Shown here: one piece after another, positions 15,782-30,370 of the stretch
How positions within the stretch are numbered: position 1 is the stretch's first letter
Layout of the letters: each line of letters starts with the position of its first letter
Assembly (NCBI RefSeq): GCF_009914755.1
Contig: NC_060926.1
DNA length: 64,000 nucleotides
Direction: 5' to 3' (one strand)
DNA from: the human T2T-CHM13v2.0 reference genome, Homo sapiens
Notes under the pieces: model-generated
Database searches by the model: none
Told to the model about the DNA's origin: nothing
The model's input: the letters and a program-made list of their open reading frames with translations, nothing else
Made by a program: the position numbers and the translations under genes

Positions 15782-16037
15782 AGACCCAGATCTAGTTGTG
15801 TTCATTGCAGTTGGATATCTTTACTTTTAGGTCCTTTAAATGAACAGAGCTGAGAAATACATTAAAACAAAAATTCATTAGCTCATTTTCATACTTCCAA
15901 ATTTAGCCGTTCTTTTTTGATTATATTTGTATTTCTCTTAACTCATACTGAGCTTCTTGATTTCTAATAAAACTTTATCCTACTATATATATATGATAGT
16001 CTTAAAATTGCAGTACCAGTGTTACTACTAAGAACTA

Positions 16038-16433
<396 letters not shown>

Positions 16434-17139
16434 TCAAAGGCGATTTGAAATCATTTTTCTATAGGATTAAGCTACCAGCATGACCTAATTAGATTCATTT
16501 GTTTCATTTTGTTTTCGATTTTGGGGTTTGCTGTTTTCCTTTTGAGTTTATTCTTGAAATTGTGAAATGTGTATATAGTTGAAAGGTTGAAACCGAATAA
16601 AAAGATACACTCTTGGAAATTTCTTTTCTTTTTGTTTTGAGAGTTTTGCTGTCACCCAGGCTGGAGTGCAGTGGCGCGATCTCAGCTGACTGCAACCTCC
16701 ACTCCTTGGTTCAACCAATTCTGCCTCAGCCTCCTGGGTAGCTGGGACTACAGGCACACACCACCACACCTGGCTAATTGTTTTTTTGTATTCTTAGTAG
16801 AGGTGGGGTTTTGCCACCTTGGCCAGGCTGGTCTTGAACACCTGACCTCAGGCAATCTACCCACTTTGGCCTCCCAAGGTGCTGGGATTACAGACATGGG
16901 CCACTGTGCCCAGCCCCATTTTCTATTTCATTGCTTTCTGTTTTTATTTTTTATTATTTCCTTTAATCCTGTTACTCTCATCAGTAACCATTGTTTTTAG
17001 ATTCTGGTTTATCTTACTATTGTTTCTTTTTGCAAAAATAAGCAAATTTATGTTTGCATACTTTAAATATTTAATCTTCTTTCTTACATCAAATGCAGTA
17101 TATCATATCCTCTGTTCTATACCTTATAATTTTACTTAA

Positions 17140-17340
<201 letters not shown>

Positions 17341-18254
17341 TAATTATCCCCTACATTTAAAAATTCTAGAAAAAATCATATTGTATTACAGGTGTAGCCC
17401 TTCTTCTTTGATAAATAGTAAAGTTATTTTGTATGCTTTATGTTAAAATTGTCTTTTAAAGTATTATTTGACCTTTCACAGATTTTAAGTATTTTAATTA
17501 ATCATAATATTTGTTTTCTTTTTAAGGCCCCTTTTTTTCACAATATAGGAAGTGGAAGCCCTTTTGCTGGCTCTCCTACTCTTTTAATACTTCTCTCTGA
17601 TATCCTTGTGAACATCCTTGCTTTCTCGAAACAACAGATTGTCCACACCCATCATAAAATTTTCTTACCACAAGACATGGAATCAGCTACTCTGAGAATT
17701 TTTAGGCCTTTTTCATTGAGAATATTAGAGATCAAAATTGGGGCTCTTGGGTTCACAGGGCACATTAGAGTTGTGGGCAGAGTAATAGTGCTACTTTTGG
17801 GTCATTTTTTGCATTTACTGGGAAAGGTATTTCTTTTTAAGTACATCTGTTTGTACTGTTTTTTTTTTTTTTTCTATTTTGAATTCCTATGTCCTCTATA
17901 TTGAATTTCATATTCTTTATATATTAAATTTCACATTCTCTATAACATACCTAGTTGATTTCAACCCCAAATTCCAACTCTAATTGTATGTTTTTCTTTT
18001 AATAATTTTTCTCTTCTTCATCCACCATATCATCACATACAATGTGTGTATTTCTCTTATAATTTACCAACTCATGCCTTTTTCCCTTTTTCTATTGGGG
18101 TGTTTATATTTTTTATTGCTTAAAAGACCTTTATATATTAAAGATACTACCCTTTTCTTAAAAGATTAAAAAAATAAGCACTTGACATATATTTGATATG
18201 TTTATGCCTGTCTCTTCTTTTTCCTCAAGATTTTTTGTGAACCACTTTTTATGA

Positions 18255-18952
18255 AAGTTGACCCTTTACACAGGTTTGAACTGCACAAGTCCACTTATAC
18301 ACAGATTTTTTTCAATAAATACAGGAAAATTTTTTGGAGATTTGCCACAATTAAAAAAAAAATCACAGATGAACCGCATAGCCTAGAAATATGGAAAAAA
18401 TTAAGAAAAAGGTACATGATGAGTGCATCAAACATATGTAGATACTAGTTTATGTGTTAATTGACTATTTATGTTATTGGTAAGGCTTCTGGTCAACAGT
18501 AGGCTATTAGTAGTTAAGTTTTGGGGAAGTCAAAAGTTTGGCTGGGCACAGTGGCTCACCTGTAATCCAAGCACTTTGGGAGGCCGAGGCAGGCGGATCG
18601 CTTGTGGCCAGGAGTTTGAGACCAGCCTGGCCAACGTAGTGAAACCCTGTCTCTACTAAAAAGACAAAAACTAGCTGAGTGTGGTGGCATACACCCGTAA
18701 TTCCAGGTGTAATACTTAGGAGGTTGTAATACTTAGGAGGCTGTGTAATACTTAGGAGGCTGAGGCATGAGAATTGCTTGAACCCAGGAGGTGAAGGTTG
18801 CAGTGAGCCAAGATTGTGCTACTGCACTCCAGCCTAGGTGACAGAGCGAGACTGTCTCAAAAAAAAAAAAAAAAAAAAAAAAAAGTTGTACGTGGATTTT
18901 TGACTACACAGGGGATTGGTGCCCCTAACCCTCATGTTGTTTAAGGGTGAAC
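18255..18952. mobile_element. Tigger2/MER8-like DNA transposon interrupted by an Alu (18540-18884)
   Basis: agttgaccctt...ggtttgaactgcacaagtccacttata and matching end cccctaaccctcatgttgtttaagggtgaac. Confidence 0.8.
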
Positions 18953-19303
18953 CATTTGTGTTTTTTTCCCATGTATAGCTCTAAGTAGTACATTGTCCTT
19001 ATGAAGATGCTTAATAAAGTATGCACTTCTGTATATAACATGTGACTCTTACACGAATCATCTTCCTAAGACAAGCCCCTTTACTAATAGTAGTGGCCTC
19101 ATAAACTAAAAATTAAATTCTCAAGTTAGAGGGTAAATAAGGCAGTCATAGGTTAGCCACCTGCCCAAACAGACCATGTGGTGTTTCCTAAAGGCTGCTT
19201 GAAATGAATTCAGGTCTTCTAAAATTGCTATACCTTCTATTTATGCATCTAAGAATAGATCTATTATGCCCTACTTAAAGTTGTGATAAAAGAAGATGAC
19301 TAA

Positions 19304-19341
19304 AAATTTCTCTTGGTGCTTTTTAGCACCAAGAGAAATTT
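19304..19341. repeat. Perfect 17 bp inverted repeat with a TTTT loop
   Basis: AAATTTCTCTTGGTGCT-TTTT-AGCACCAAGAGAAATTT. Confidence 0.95.
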
Positions 19342-20017
19342 ATTTTACAGTGTCAGTCTTCAAAAGAAACTGACTGGATATATCTGAACTACCTTAAAGT
19401 TAACTTGTCTGATGATAATAGTGGTAGTAGTGACTATCCTGTAATAAAGCTTTCATTGTGACAGGCCCTTTCCTAAGTGGTTACATTCATTGGGACTAAT
19501 ACTCCTCTGTACTGGAAATCTTAAGCAAGATAGATGTATACCTGAGTATACCTGTTAGTCCAGGATGTGGAAGATCTCTTCCTCACATTTGAAGGCATTA
19601 TTAGACCTAATTACCTTGTAGGATTATTATGAGAGTTGGAAATAGTATCTAACCCAGAGTCTTTACATAGTAGATGTTCAATAAATGTCCGCTACTTTTA
19701 TTAAATGTACTTTGTCATTTCTTACCATCATAAACACCTTTAGCCCAGTTTCAATCTCTACTCACCTGCGGGCCACATATACCTCCTGAAAACAGATACC
19801 TAGAAAGTTGATTCAGCCTAATTTAGGTTCCGACTGGCTGTTTCTTTTCTTACAATAAACTCCTTACCTGATTGTATTTTATTTCCTTGAACATAGTAAT
19901 TTTTCATTAATAGAAATTTATAGATGTTGCATGCAAAGAAAGGTTGAATTCAGTTAATGAATAGTCCAGAGCCCCCAGAACAGTGCAGCTAATGAATTCC
20001 TTTTCCTGTCTCTACAG

Positions 20018-20160
20018 ACATGCCACCACTGCTCTTTGAGGTGTCATCCCTGGAGAATGCTTTTCAGATTGGAGGCCATCCTTGGCACTACATCGTCACA
20101 CCTAATAAGAAGAAACAGAAAGGAGTTTTCCATATTTGTGCCCTAAAAGACAATTCCCTG
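20018..20160 (+). CDS. DCAF17: DCAF17 coding exon (probably exon 9), 143 nt
   Basis: tgtctctacag|ACATGC...TCCCTG|gtaaat; MPPLLFEVSSLENAFQIGGHPWHYIVTPNKKKQKGVFHICALKDNSL; phase matches the previous exon. Confidence 0.95.
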
Positions 20161-21952
20161 GTAAATGAGTGATCAGACTTTTTATTAGCAAATTTGTATC
20201 AAGTTCTTTATTTTCTACCTCTCAAATAGGCCCACATTCCTAAGAATTACTTTTTTGTGCATTTGTATTAACAATTTGCAAACAATTTAAAATACAGAAG
20301 AATACAGACAATATAGAAAACATTTGTGTGTATCACCCATAATTTTAAAACGTTAACATTTGAAAATTCTTATAGCAACAAGAATTTTATAGTTTTTTTA
20401 ATCTCACCAATCTCCCAGCAAGGAATCTCATGTAAAACCTCTCCACAGTGGGAATCACCAATGGAATGTGTTCACATTGCTTCTGAAATTGCTGGTGGAA
20501 TGTGTTGTTGGTTCTGCTTCTCCACGGCTTGTTGCTCTTTGCCTTCCAGAGCAGAACCAGATGGAACTCTGGTGGTCACAGTGTAGGTAAATTGAAGCAC
20601 TTTGAATTTTTAAGGATATTCTTAAGTTATTTATGGCAGAGTAGGTAGAAATGGTACGTGGTAAAACAATGGAAATTTCTACCCTTCGAATTCATTTTTA
20701 TTTTCTTTTTAAAAATGGCTTAGGCGTTGATTTGTCATTTAATAAACATTTATTGAGGGCCTACCATGTGCCAGACATGACTAAGGACACAATCTCTTCC
20801 CTCAAGTTATACTCTTAAAGGAAACATGTAGAAAAATAAGATGCAATGTATTAAGTACAGTGATTGTGATAAGTGCAAAAAGTGAGTTAAGGGGGGAGTT
20901 CCATTTTTATTTTGTATTGCTGATTATGTTTTTTGTTGGTTAGTTTGTTTTTCAAGACAGGATCTCACTGTGTCATCCACGCTGGAGTACAGTGGCACAA
21001 TCACAGCTCACTGTAGCCTCAACCTCCTGGGTTCAAGTGATCCTCCTGCCACAACCTCCTGAATAGCTAGCACTATAGAAAAATCACTCAAGCTTTAATT
21101 GTTGATATTTTTTCTCATTTCATGTGGACATGTCAGTGCAACACTACTTTTATTTTATATTTATTTATTTAGAGACAGAGTCTCACTCTGGTGCCTAGCC
21201 TAGAGTGCAGTGGCACAATCAGAGCTCACTGCAGCCTCAACCTCCTGGGCTCAAGTGATCCTCCCACCTCAGCCTCCTGAGCATCTGGGACTATAGGAGC
21301 GCACCACCATGCCTGGCTACTTTTTTATTTTTTGTAGAGATGGGGCCTCGCTGTGTTTCCCTGGGTAGTCTCAAACTCCTGGCCTCAAGTGATCCTCCCT
21401 CTTGATATATCAGAAGAATTTGCTTTTTTTTTTGAGGCAGGTTCAGCTTATGCTGACCTTGCTCAATCAGTCACTGTTGGCTCCAGTGGCTTTTAGAGTC
21501 ACAGATCACCTTTCACCACGCATGTTACAGATCACCTTTTACCATGTTGCAGGTCAGCATAGCGTTGGGTCCATTTGTCCACTTCCCTTGATGTCATGGC
21601 CATCAGGGGACAATGTGTCTTCTAGTTTTCTTTTGTAGGAGCATTGTTCCCTTCCATTTCCCCAAGTACTTATCACATGGCTGCTCCTATTTGGCCCAGC
21701 CCAGTGACGTTCTCTTTTATAAAGGACTCTCTAAGGGCTGTTTTCCACTGTGACAAGTCTTGGTTTGATTGGTCACCTCCCAGTGAGTGGACATCATTCA
21801 GCCACCAGGACCTGTCACATCCCTTTTTCACTTAACTTTGGATCTAGTGAAATCCTGCACAGTTCACATTCTGGACATTTAACACGTATTCTTTTTTATA
21901 AGAACTGATAGTACCTATTATTTCATACACAAACACACGCACACGTACAGAT

Positions 21953-22170
21953 ACAGCCGGCCTTCTATATCCGTGGGTTCCACATCTGTGGATTCAACCA
22001 ACTATGGATTGGAAATATTCAGAAAAAAAAAGGATGGTATAAGGGATGATGTGCATAGATGCATAGATTATATGCAAATACTGCACCATTTTATATAAGG
22101 TACTTGAGCATCCATGGGTTTTGGTATTTGTGAGGGGTCCTGGAAGCAATCCCCTGTGGTTTCCAAGGAA
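21953..22170 (-). mobile_element. MER2 (internally deleted)
   Basis: cagccggccttctatatccgtgggttccacatctgtggattcaaccaac...gtcctggaagcaatcccc. Confidence 0.8.
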
Positions 22171-23246
22171 TTACTTTAAATCTAAATAATGGCCTTCAAC
22201 ATGTATATCAAGCATGCTTGTCACATACTCTCCTTCTATAATAACTGATTATAACATTTATTCCAATCTATATTTCAGCATACTCTTAAAGAGCTGCCAA
22301 ATTCAGGGGAAGTTTTTAGTCCTTTTATCACAATTTTATCACTGTGACATTGCTTTAATGATTTGTATGCCTATTAACTCCCCACCTGTTAGTCAGAAGA
22401 GTAGATAACTAAAAAAAATGTAAGCAGCCGAACTTAAGATTTCAGAAAATGTTTCATAGCTTTCTCTATTAAACTGAGCTTTAAAATCTAACATTTGAGC
22501 AAATAAAAACAATAGAAGCTGATAATAAGCTGCCCAGTATTTCACACAAAAATCTTTTTTTGCATATTTTAATTAGATATTACAGTAAAGAGAACAATCT
22601 CCTAAAAAGATATGTATAGTATGTGCATATTTTGTATTAAAGGAGCATCTGGAGCTAATACCATCATGGACACATTAATTTCAGTGGTTACAATCAATCA
22701 ACATATTTAATTACATTAATTTTCTTTTATGTAAAATGTAATAATACCACTATTTCTATTAGATATAATTAGGATTCTTGTAGAAATTCTTGAAAAATTG
22801 AAACTCATTAATTGATTTGATACATAAAATGTATTACATTCCAAAAAATTTAAAAATCATGAGGCCAGGCACAGTGGCTCATGCCTGTAATTCCAGCACT
22901 TTGGGAGGCCTAGGCAGGCAGATGGCTTGAGCCCAGGAGTTCAAGATCAGCCTGGGCAGCATGGTGAAACCCTGCCTCCACAAAAAATACAAAAATTAGC
23001 CAAGTGTGGTGGTGCACACCTGTGGTCCCAGCTACTTGGGAGGCTGAGGTGAGAGAATTGATTGAGGCCAAGAGGTCAAGGCTCCAGTGAGCCGAGATCA
23101 CACCACTGCACTCCAGCCTGTGCAACAGAGTGAGACCCTGTCTCAAAAAATAAAAAATAAAAATAAATCATGGCATAGAAAGCACTTACAATATAACCCC
23201 AGCCTACCTCTCCAGTATCATGGCTGGATGCTACTTTTCAGTTTAA

Positions 23247-23672
<426 letters not shown>

Positions 23673-24995
23673 TAAGGCTCATTTCAACCTTTTTTTAACT
23701 CCCAAAATTCTGTTCACTTGGATATCTGGTGCATGGGTCAATCACTTATTGGAGTACAGTGGCACAATCATAGCTCACAATAACTGCGTTATTATTTTTT
23801 GTTTATGTTTCTGCCTCCCCCCAGACTATAAGCTTCTTGATGACAAGGATTATGTTTAATTGATGTGAGGTATGAATGCCTAGTCTGATACCTAGAACAT
23901 AGTAGCCTATCAATATATGCTAATGGAATTTAAAAGCTTTAGTGTTTCAAAACTCATGAATATCTAGTAGGAAATATGGCATCATTTCATTTTACATTAG
24001 AGAAATTAAATTAAATGACTTCTGTAAAGCCAGTGAAGTTAATATATCCAAGTTGATGTTCGTTCCCAGTGCTTCTGGATATAAGGTAATACATTTGTGT
24101 ACACATGTGATAACATATCAGATGGTTTTTTTCTTTATTTTAATTTCTAAATATACTACAGTGAAATCTCTTCTTGCCTTAAAAGCTAAGCAGTATTAGA
24201 TCATTTCCTCAGATATTAGAGTTCAACATTTGACTTATCCAAGATTCTGTGACCCATGTCTGAGGCTTTAGGTTTGTTTACATGTTCATTTTTTGTTATC
24301 TGCTCTTCTGATTGAAAGATAGTTGGGGATAGGGAAGAGAGGAAGAAGTTGTGGAGAACTGCATGTGCATGATTATGGCAGAGTTATATAATGGAAAGTC
24401 CATGGATTTTGGAGTCAGATCTGCTGTTTAGTAGGTTGAAAATATTGGAAAAGGTCAGGTGCAGTGGCTTACGCATGTAGTCCTAGCACTTTAAGAGGCT
24501 AAGGTGAGAGGATCACTTGAGGCCAGGAGTTTGATACCAGCCTGGGCAACATAGCGAGACTCTATCTCTATTTAAAAAAAAACAAACAACATACACCAAA
24601 AAAAATTGGGCAAATGATTTATTCTATTTGTGTATCAGTTTTCAGTACTTCCTTTGAGTGTTATTAAGATTAAATGAAACAGTGCCTATAAAGCATCAAA
24701 CGCAGTTCCTGACACAAAGTAGATGCTTGAGATATGGTATCTCTTGGGTTATTAACTCCTGTTTGTGAGATATAGGGTATGTTACAGAACAAATCCATGA
24801 CATTTCTGAATTTAAATGTTCAGAATTTCTCAAATTTGCATGTCCTCATTTGGCCCTCAAATATATTCCACTTTAACTGGTTAATATTTTTTCTTCCGTG
24901 TACCTTTGACCTACTGATCTATCACTTGGGTTAGATTTGTAAAATCATTTGATTTTCCCTTAATCTTTGTCTTTAATACTTTTTTCCAACTTCAG

Positions 24996-25105
24996 GCAAA
25001 AAATGGGATCCAAGAAATGGATTGTTGTTCTCTAGAATCTGACTGGATCTATTTCCATCCTGATGCTTCTGGTAGAATAATACATGTTGGTCCAAATCAA
25101 GTCAA
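24996..25105 (+). CDS. DCAF17: DCAF17 coding exon (probably exon 10), 110 nt
   Basis: ccaacttcag|GCAAAA...GTCAA|gtgagt; AKNGIQEMDCCSLESDWIYFHPDASGRIIHVGPNQV(K). Confidence 0.95.
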
Positions 25106-25499
25106 GTGAGTAATCTCATTAGCACTTGAAAGTTAAGAGCAGCTTTTGGTAGCATTTATTGGCATCTTTATTTTTGCCAGCGAACTAGTGAGCCAATTAA
25201 TGGAAATAATTAGCTTGTTGTTGGGTGCTTCCTCAGAGACTGGCATACAGAACACCTGAATTTATTCTTTGAGACTCAACATTACTGTTTGTAAATATTA
25301 AATTTGAAAACGTTATTTGATGGATGATATGCAAGTAAAAGGGAATTACAGACTGGCCCTTTCTCATCAGGTCTTAGTTAATTCTATAGGGTTAATAAGA
25401 AAGAAGAGTATTTGTCTTTGTTCTGAAAGGCAGCCTAGACACAGGAAAGGAAGTAGATTGTTTGAAGTAAATCTTGTTTTATTTTGATTGGTTTCAGGG

Positions 25500-26610
25500 C
25501 ACACACAACTCCCACAAACTGACCTCTCCTTCCCTTAAACACTTCTCATTTGTCATCCCTGACACCACAATTCTGAATATTTTCCTATTTCATCTATCTT
25601 TTTTAGTTTGCTTTCATGTTCTTCCTTCTCTACCCAGACTTTAATTGTTGAATGTCCATAGTTGGGTCTTAAGCCCTCTTCTTTTCTCACTGTTTCCATT
25701 CTGCATGATTCTATTTATTCCTTTGGCTTCAAGATCATGTATACATGAGAACTCCAAAATGTATATACCAGCCTCAACCTCTCATCTAAACTCATTCCAG
25801 AAATCTTGAATCATTCCTGATACCTTCTTACCAATTTGTCTTTCATCAATGTACATACATTTAAACACTTACAGGCATTCTCTTTCTCTCATACATACAC
25901 ACCATATATCCTCTTAATCCAGTTTATTTTGCTACAAAATATTTTTTAAATCTGCCTATTTCTGCCCTTGGCCACTGTCTTCATCTTGGCCAGGTCACTG
26001 TCATCACTAGCCAAGGCTACAGTAATAGCCCACTCCAGGGCTCCAGGATCACTCTTGCGCTGTCTGTTTTCTTCTCAGCAGCTAGCATGATTTTTAAGAA
26101 CATGAAGAAATATAAAAACCTATGCAAGTGAATTCAAATGCTTTAACCTTTTAATGGCTTTTCATTGCTCTTAGGATAAAAACCAATATAGTTAGCATGG
26201 TCCGAAAGACCCTCCTTCAACTCAGTTTACTCTAGTCATGCTGTCTTTTCAGAAAACTGAGGGCCTGTTCCCTCTGTTTGAAGTCTGTTTCCCCTACCTG
26301 TTCTGCCTAATTTCTATTCATATTTTATGGCCCAGCTTCAATGTCACTTTTCCACAGACCTTCCCTGATGCCCTTGTTAGATTTGCTTGCCCATCATATT
26401 TTCATTGCACCCACTGTGTCGTCTTCCTTTGTAGCACTTAGGGCAACTTAAATAAATTATTTTTGTGATCTTCTGCTTAAATAACTTATTTGGTATCATA
26501 AACTCTATGATGACAGGGAAAGAGTCTGTTTTGCTGACACCTATAACCCCAGCACTAAGCATAGTCCTTTGCACAGAGTAGATGCTCAGTATTTGTTGAA
26601 TAAGAAGAGA
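25500..26610 (+). mobile_element. L2 fragment
   Basis: Pyrimidine-rich L2-like sequence ending with the L2 3' motif gtagatgctcagtatttgttgaat. Confidence 0.6.
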
Positions 26611-27989
26611 AGGGGCTGGGCTTGGTGGTTTAGGCCTATAATCCTGCACTTTGGGAGGCCGAAGCAGGAGGATCCCCTGAAACCAGCAGTTTGAGACCAG
26701 CCTGGGCAACATAGTGAGACTTCGTCTCTACAAAAAATAAAAAATAGCCAGGCATGATGGTGGGCACCTGTGGTCTTAGCTCCTCAGGAGTCTGGGGCAG
26801 GAGGATCAGCTGAGCCCAGGAGTTCGAGGCTGCAGTGAGCTATGATTGTAGCGCTGTACTCCAGCCTGGGTAATGGAGTAAGACCCTGTCTCTTAAAAAA
26901 TAAAAAATAACAAAGGGAAGTGTCTGCCTTTATTTTTTATGCTTCGTAGTAATCAGTCTACCTCTCTGGATCTATTTAATATAAGGAAGATGAAAGGATT
27001 TAATGAAATAAGATTATTTTTACACATTTTAAACTGTGGTTCCGCTTCAGTAAGCCTTACTTTTAATGTTTGTTACCACCCATATTAGTTTGAACTTAAG
27101 AAAACAAGGCCCACGAAGAGTGTATGGCCTTTTGCCAGGTTTTACAATATAAGCATTTAAAAATATTGCCACTAAAAAAACTAAGTGAATAATTTAAATT
27201 ATTATTTGATCTCTTGGTCTTTGGGAACTCTGAGGTCTCCAGCACTCTCTGGACACATAGCTGCTTCTCTCTGCTGTTCTTTTTTTTTTTGCATTTGAGA
27301 CTTTGAGCTTGTAAAACATTGTGCTTTTGAAGCTTGTTAACAATGTAAACAGATTTCTGTGGGTGGTGAGCAAATTATTTTATTTTCTTTTAATAGGCTT
27401 GATCCATGAGGCCATTTGCACTCCAAACCCCCAAATCTTTAAATATAACCAATCCTAAGAAAAAAGAATAGTATTTTCAGTTGTAGTTTTTAAATATTAA
27501 TCTATCATGAAAACTCTTAGTTTCTATTTAGGTATAGATTTAATTGCTGATTGAATTTCTTTTTAGTTAACCCTAAGTGTTGCTCATAGATATCTCATCC
27601 TACTTCAGAAATAAAAATGCAAATATCTGCTTTAATTGTTAGAGCTGAAATGTTAGAGACCTGTTACAGCATAGCAGAGGTAAGGTTCTTCAGAGTAACT
27701 TTCATTAAGCCAGTTTGGAAAATAGCTTAGGCCTGACCAAGCTGATCATTACCTACTTCAGTGGCACCTGTTGTCACAGTTCCCACGTTTTTCTGTTTAA
27801 CAGAATCTCCGAATTTGAAGGAGTTCATGGACATTTAGTGATCACTTATTAGTATTGTAGACTAATCAAGAGAACTACCTCAGTGTTACTATAATTTTTA
27901 TTTGTTGAGTTTTACTTCAGTACTTAAACTTTGGCACCTTGATGGTGTTTTGAAGTCTTAGGTTCTCAGAATCCTTTTTCCCTTCTCAG

Positions 27990-28080
27990 AGTTTTGAAGC
28001 TAACTGAAATAGAAAATAATAGTTCTCAGCATCAGATCTCTGAAGATTTTGTCATTTTGGCCAACAGGGAGAACCATAAA
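27990..28080 (+). CDS. DCAF17: DCAF17 coding exon (probably exon 11), 91 nt
   Basis: cccttctcag|AGTTTT...CATAAA|gtaagt; VLKLTEIENNSSQHQISEDFVILANRENHK. Confidence 0.95.
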
Positions 28081-29116
28081 GTAAGTCAAGAGTACTTTAA
28101 AATCCTTTATATATCATTGTCTTTCTATATAAGACTATAATATGCTAATATATTTGCCTTTGAGTGTAGCAGAAAACAACAGCACAGCCCTATAAAAGTC
28201 TGTACATTTTGTCTACATGGGTAGCCAGTTTTAGCCCCATGTACATTTCAGATTTAAAGAAAGTTGACTATCTTGAGTTTGTCTTTTGCTGATTTCCGCT
28301 TCTTTTCTGAGTTTCCTTTTAAGTTTTTATTGATGAATTATCAACCTTTGGGTCTAATTAATTGTGCAAACTTAAATTTAATTGGGGTAATATATAAGTC
28401 TTTAAAAATCACATACCATACTTTAACTCCAGATGGTACTTTTCTTTTAGTGTATAAATTAAGACCACAAAGAAAATTATGGGGAGAACAATTTCAAAAA
28501 CAGATCCACTTTTTATTTGCTGTGCTATATACTAAGGCAAAAGTCAGGTGAATGAGGCAGCTAATCTATAATCTTTTAAATAATTTTTTTTTTGCCCATT
28601 CTGGCATTTTAGCCATTAAAAACTTTAATAAAGTATTTTTGAGCCGGGCATGGTGGCTCACACCTGTAATCTCAGCACTTTGGAAGGCCAAGGCAGACAG
28701 ATTGCTTGAGTTCAGGAGTTCGAGATCACCCTGGGTGACATGGTAAACCCTGTCTCTACAAAAAGTAGAAAATTAGCCAGGCATGGTGGTGTATGCCTGT
28801 AGCCCCAGCTACTGGGGAGGCTGAGCTGGGAGGATCACTTGAGCCTGGGAGGCAGAGGATGCAGTGAGCCAAGATTGTGCCACTACAGTGAGGCAAGATC
28901 GCACCACGGCACTCCAGCCTAGGCGACAGAATGAGACCCTGTCTCAAAATATGAAACGGAGGATCAGAAATCTGATTCAGAATTTTCTCAGTTGAGGAAA
29001 GAATTGTGGATGTGGGAGAAGGGTTGGTAAGTTTTACCAAATTTGTTAATACAGTTTTACCTTTGACTGCATGTAATAGAACTTGTCATATCTTTTTATT
29101 TCTTTCCATATGATAG

Positions 29117-29200
29117 AATGAAAATGTACTCACTGTTACAGCTTCTGGACGGGTGGTAAAAAAAAGTTTTAACCTTCTGGATGATGACCCAGAACAAGAG
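29117..29200 (+). CDS. DCAF17: DCAF17 coding exon (probably exon 12), 84 nt
   Basis: catatgatag|AATGAA...CAAGAG|gtattg; NENVLTVTASGRVVKKSFNLLDDDPEQE (overlaps ORF 29153..29386). Confidence 0.95.
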
Positions 29201-30109
29201 GTATTGCTTTGGCCAGAGATGACAAACCAAACCAGTGTGTCCTTGCATTGTGAATTTCATATTAATACTTCCCCATATCCTGGGGTAGAGGTTGGGGTTG
29301 AGGGGTTGCAGGCAGGCCAGTTGGGTGGGGTTGCGCATGCTATTTCAACCAGTGCAAACCCATCATCCTCTCTTTTCATATTGTAATTATTCTTAAAGTT
29401 TTATTTGCAGAAAAGTTGATAGGACCAAAATAATTTGAAAACACGATTAGCTTATTGTTTTGTTTTATTTTGTATTGTTTTGTTTTGTTGATGTGTATAT
29501 TTTCTAGGGAAATCTCTTAAGGGAAAATTCTTGAGTTATATCCTGAGGACTTTATGGTTTTTGCCTCATTTTTTACTTGCTAGACTTGAATATGTTTGTT
29601 AATGTCCGTAGTCCAGAGGAAGAGGATGTGAGGGCATGATAAATCAGTTCAGCTCTTATCTTCAAGTTGGTTTTATGAGTCACTGAAGTAATACATTTTT
29701 ATCCCCTTCCTTTAAAAAGGCATTGGAAGTATTTATGAAATCAACTGATAGTGATCATGCTTTAAACATATAAACCATTGTGTAAATTCTAAATCCATTT
29801 AGACTATCTAACTATATTATTTGTAGGACCATTTTTAGGTAGAAACATTAGAGTGGCCTTCCAAGGACAGTTTTTGAACTTCTTTTAAAATAGGTTAGAG
29901 GTGGCCCAGTATGTAGCTGTTCTCAAAAAAACACACAAAAAAGTATTATTTTGGACCATACAAACCTATTGAGAACAAAGAAGAAAGCAACATACTCTGC
30001 ATATAAAACTGTATTCCAGAAAGATGTACTAAAATTTCCAAAAGGTAGCATAATTCATTAAGGGGGGAGAGGTGGTGGCAAAACAGGAGATGCTCTGTAT
30101 CATGAGATT

Positions 30110-30370
30110 AAAAAACAAAATATTTTAGCCTGTAAAGGAAAAGTTTGAAGAAATAGTGACTAAAATCTATAAAATCACAGACACCAAGGCAAGAAGTCAC
30201 CCTTTGAAGTTTGACCATAGTAAGGTGAAGGCAAAAAGGAAATAACGTAAAAGTACATTTTAATAATCAAACGTAATAAATCCATATAAATTTTTATGTC
30301 TTAGGGTGGTAAAGGCAGAAAATGTCAGTGGATTAGAGAGCAGTTTGACCAAACATAGGTGAAGAATTAG
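30110..30370 (+). mobile_element. Possible CR1/L3 fragment
   Basis: tttagcctgtaaaggaaaag...aagaagtcaccctttgaagttt... resembles the CR1 ORF2 3' end. Confidence 0.4.

Noticed and set aside
17440-17904. 154 aa hydrophobic ORF
   Set aside because: T-rich intronic sequence that looks repeat-derived, giving an F/L/I bias; no splice structure or recognisable domain
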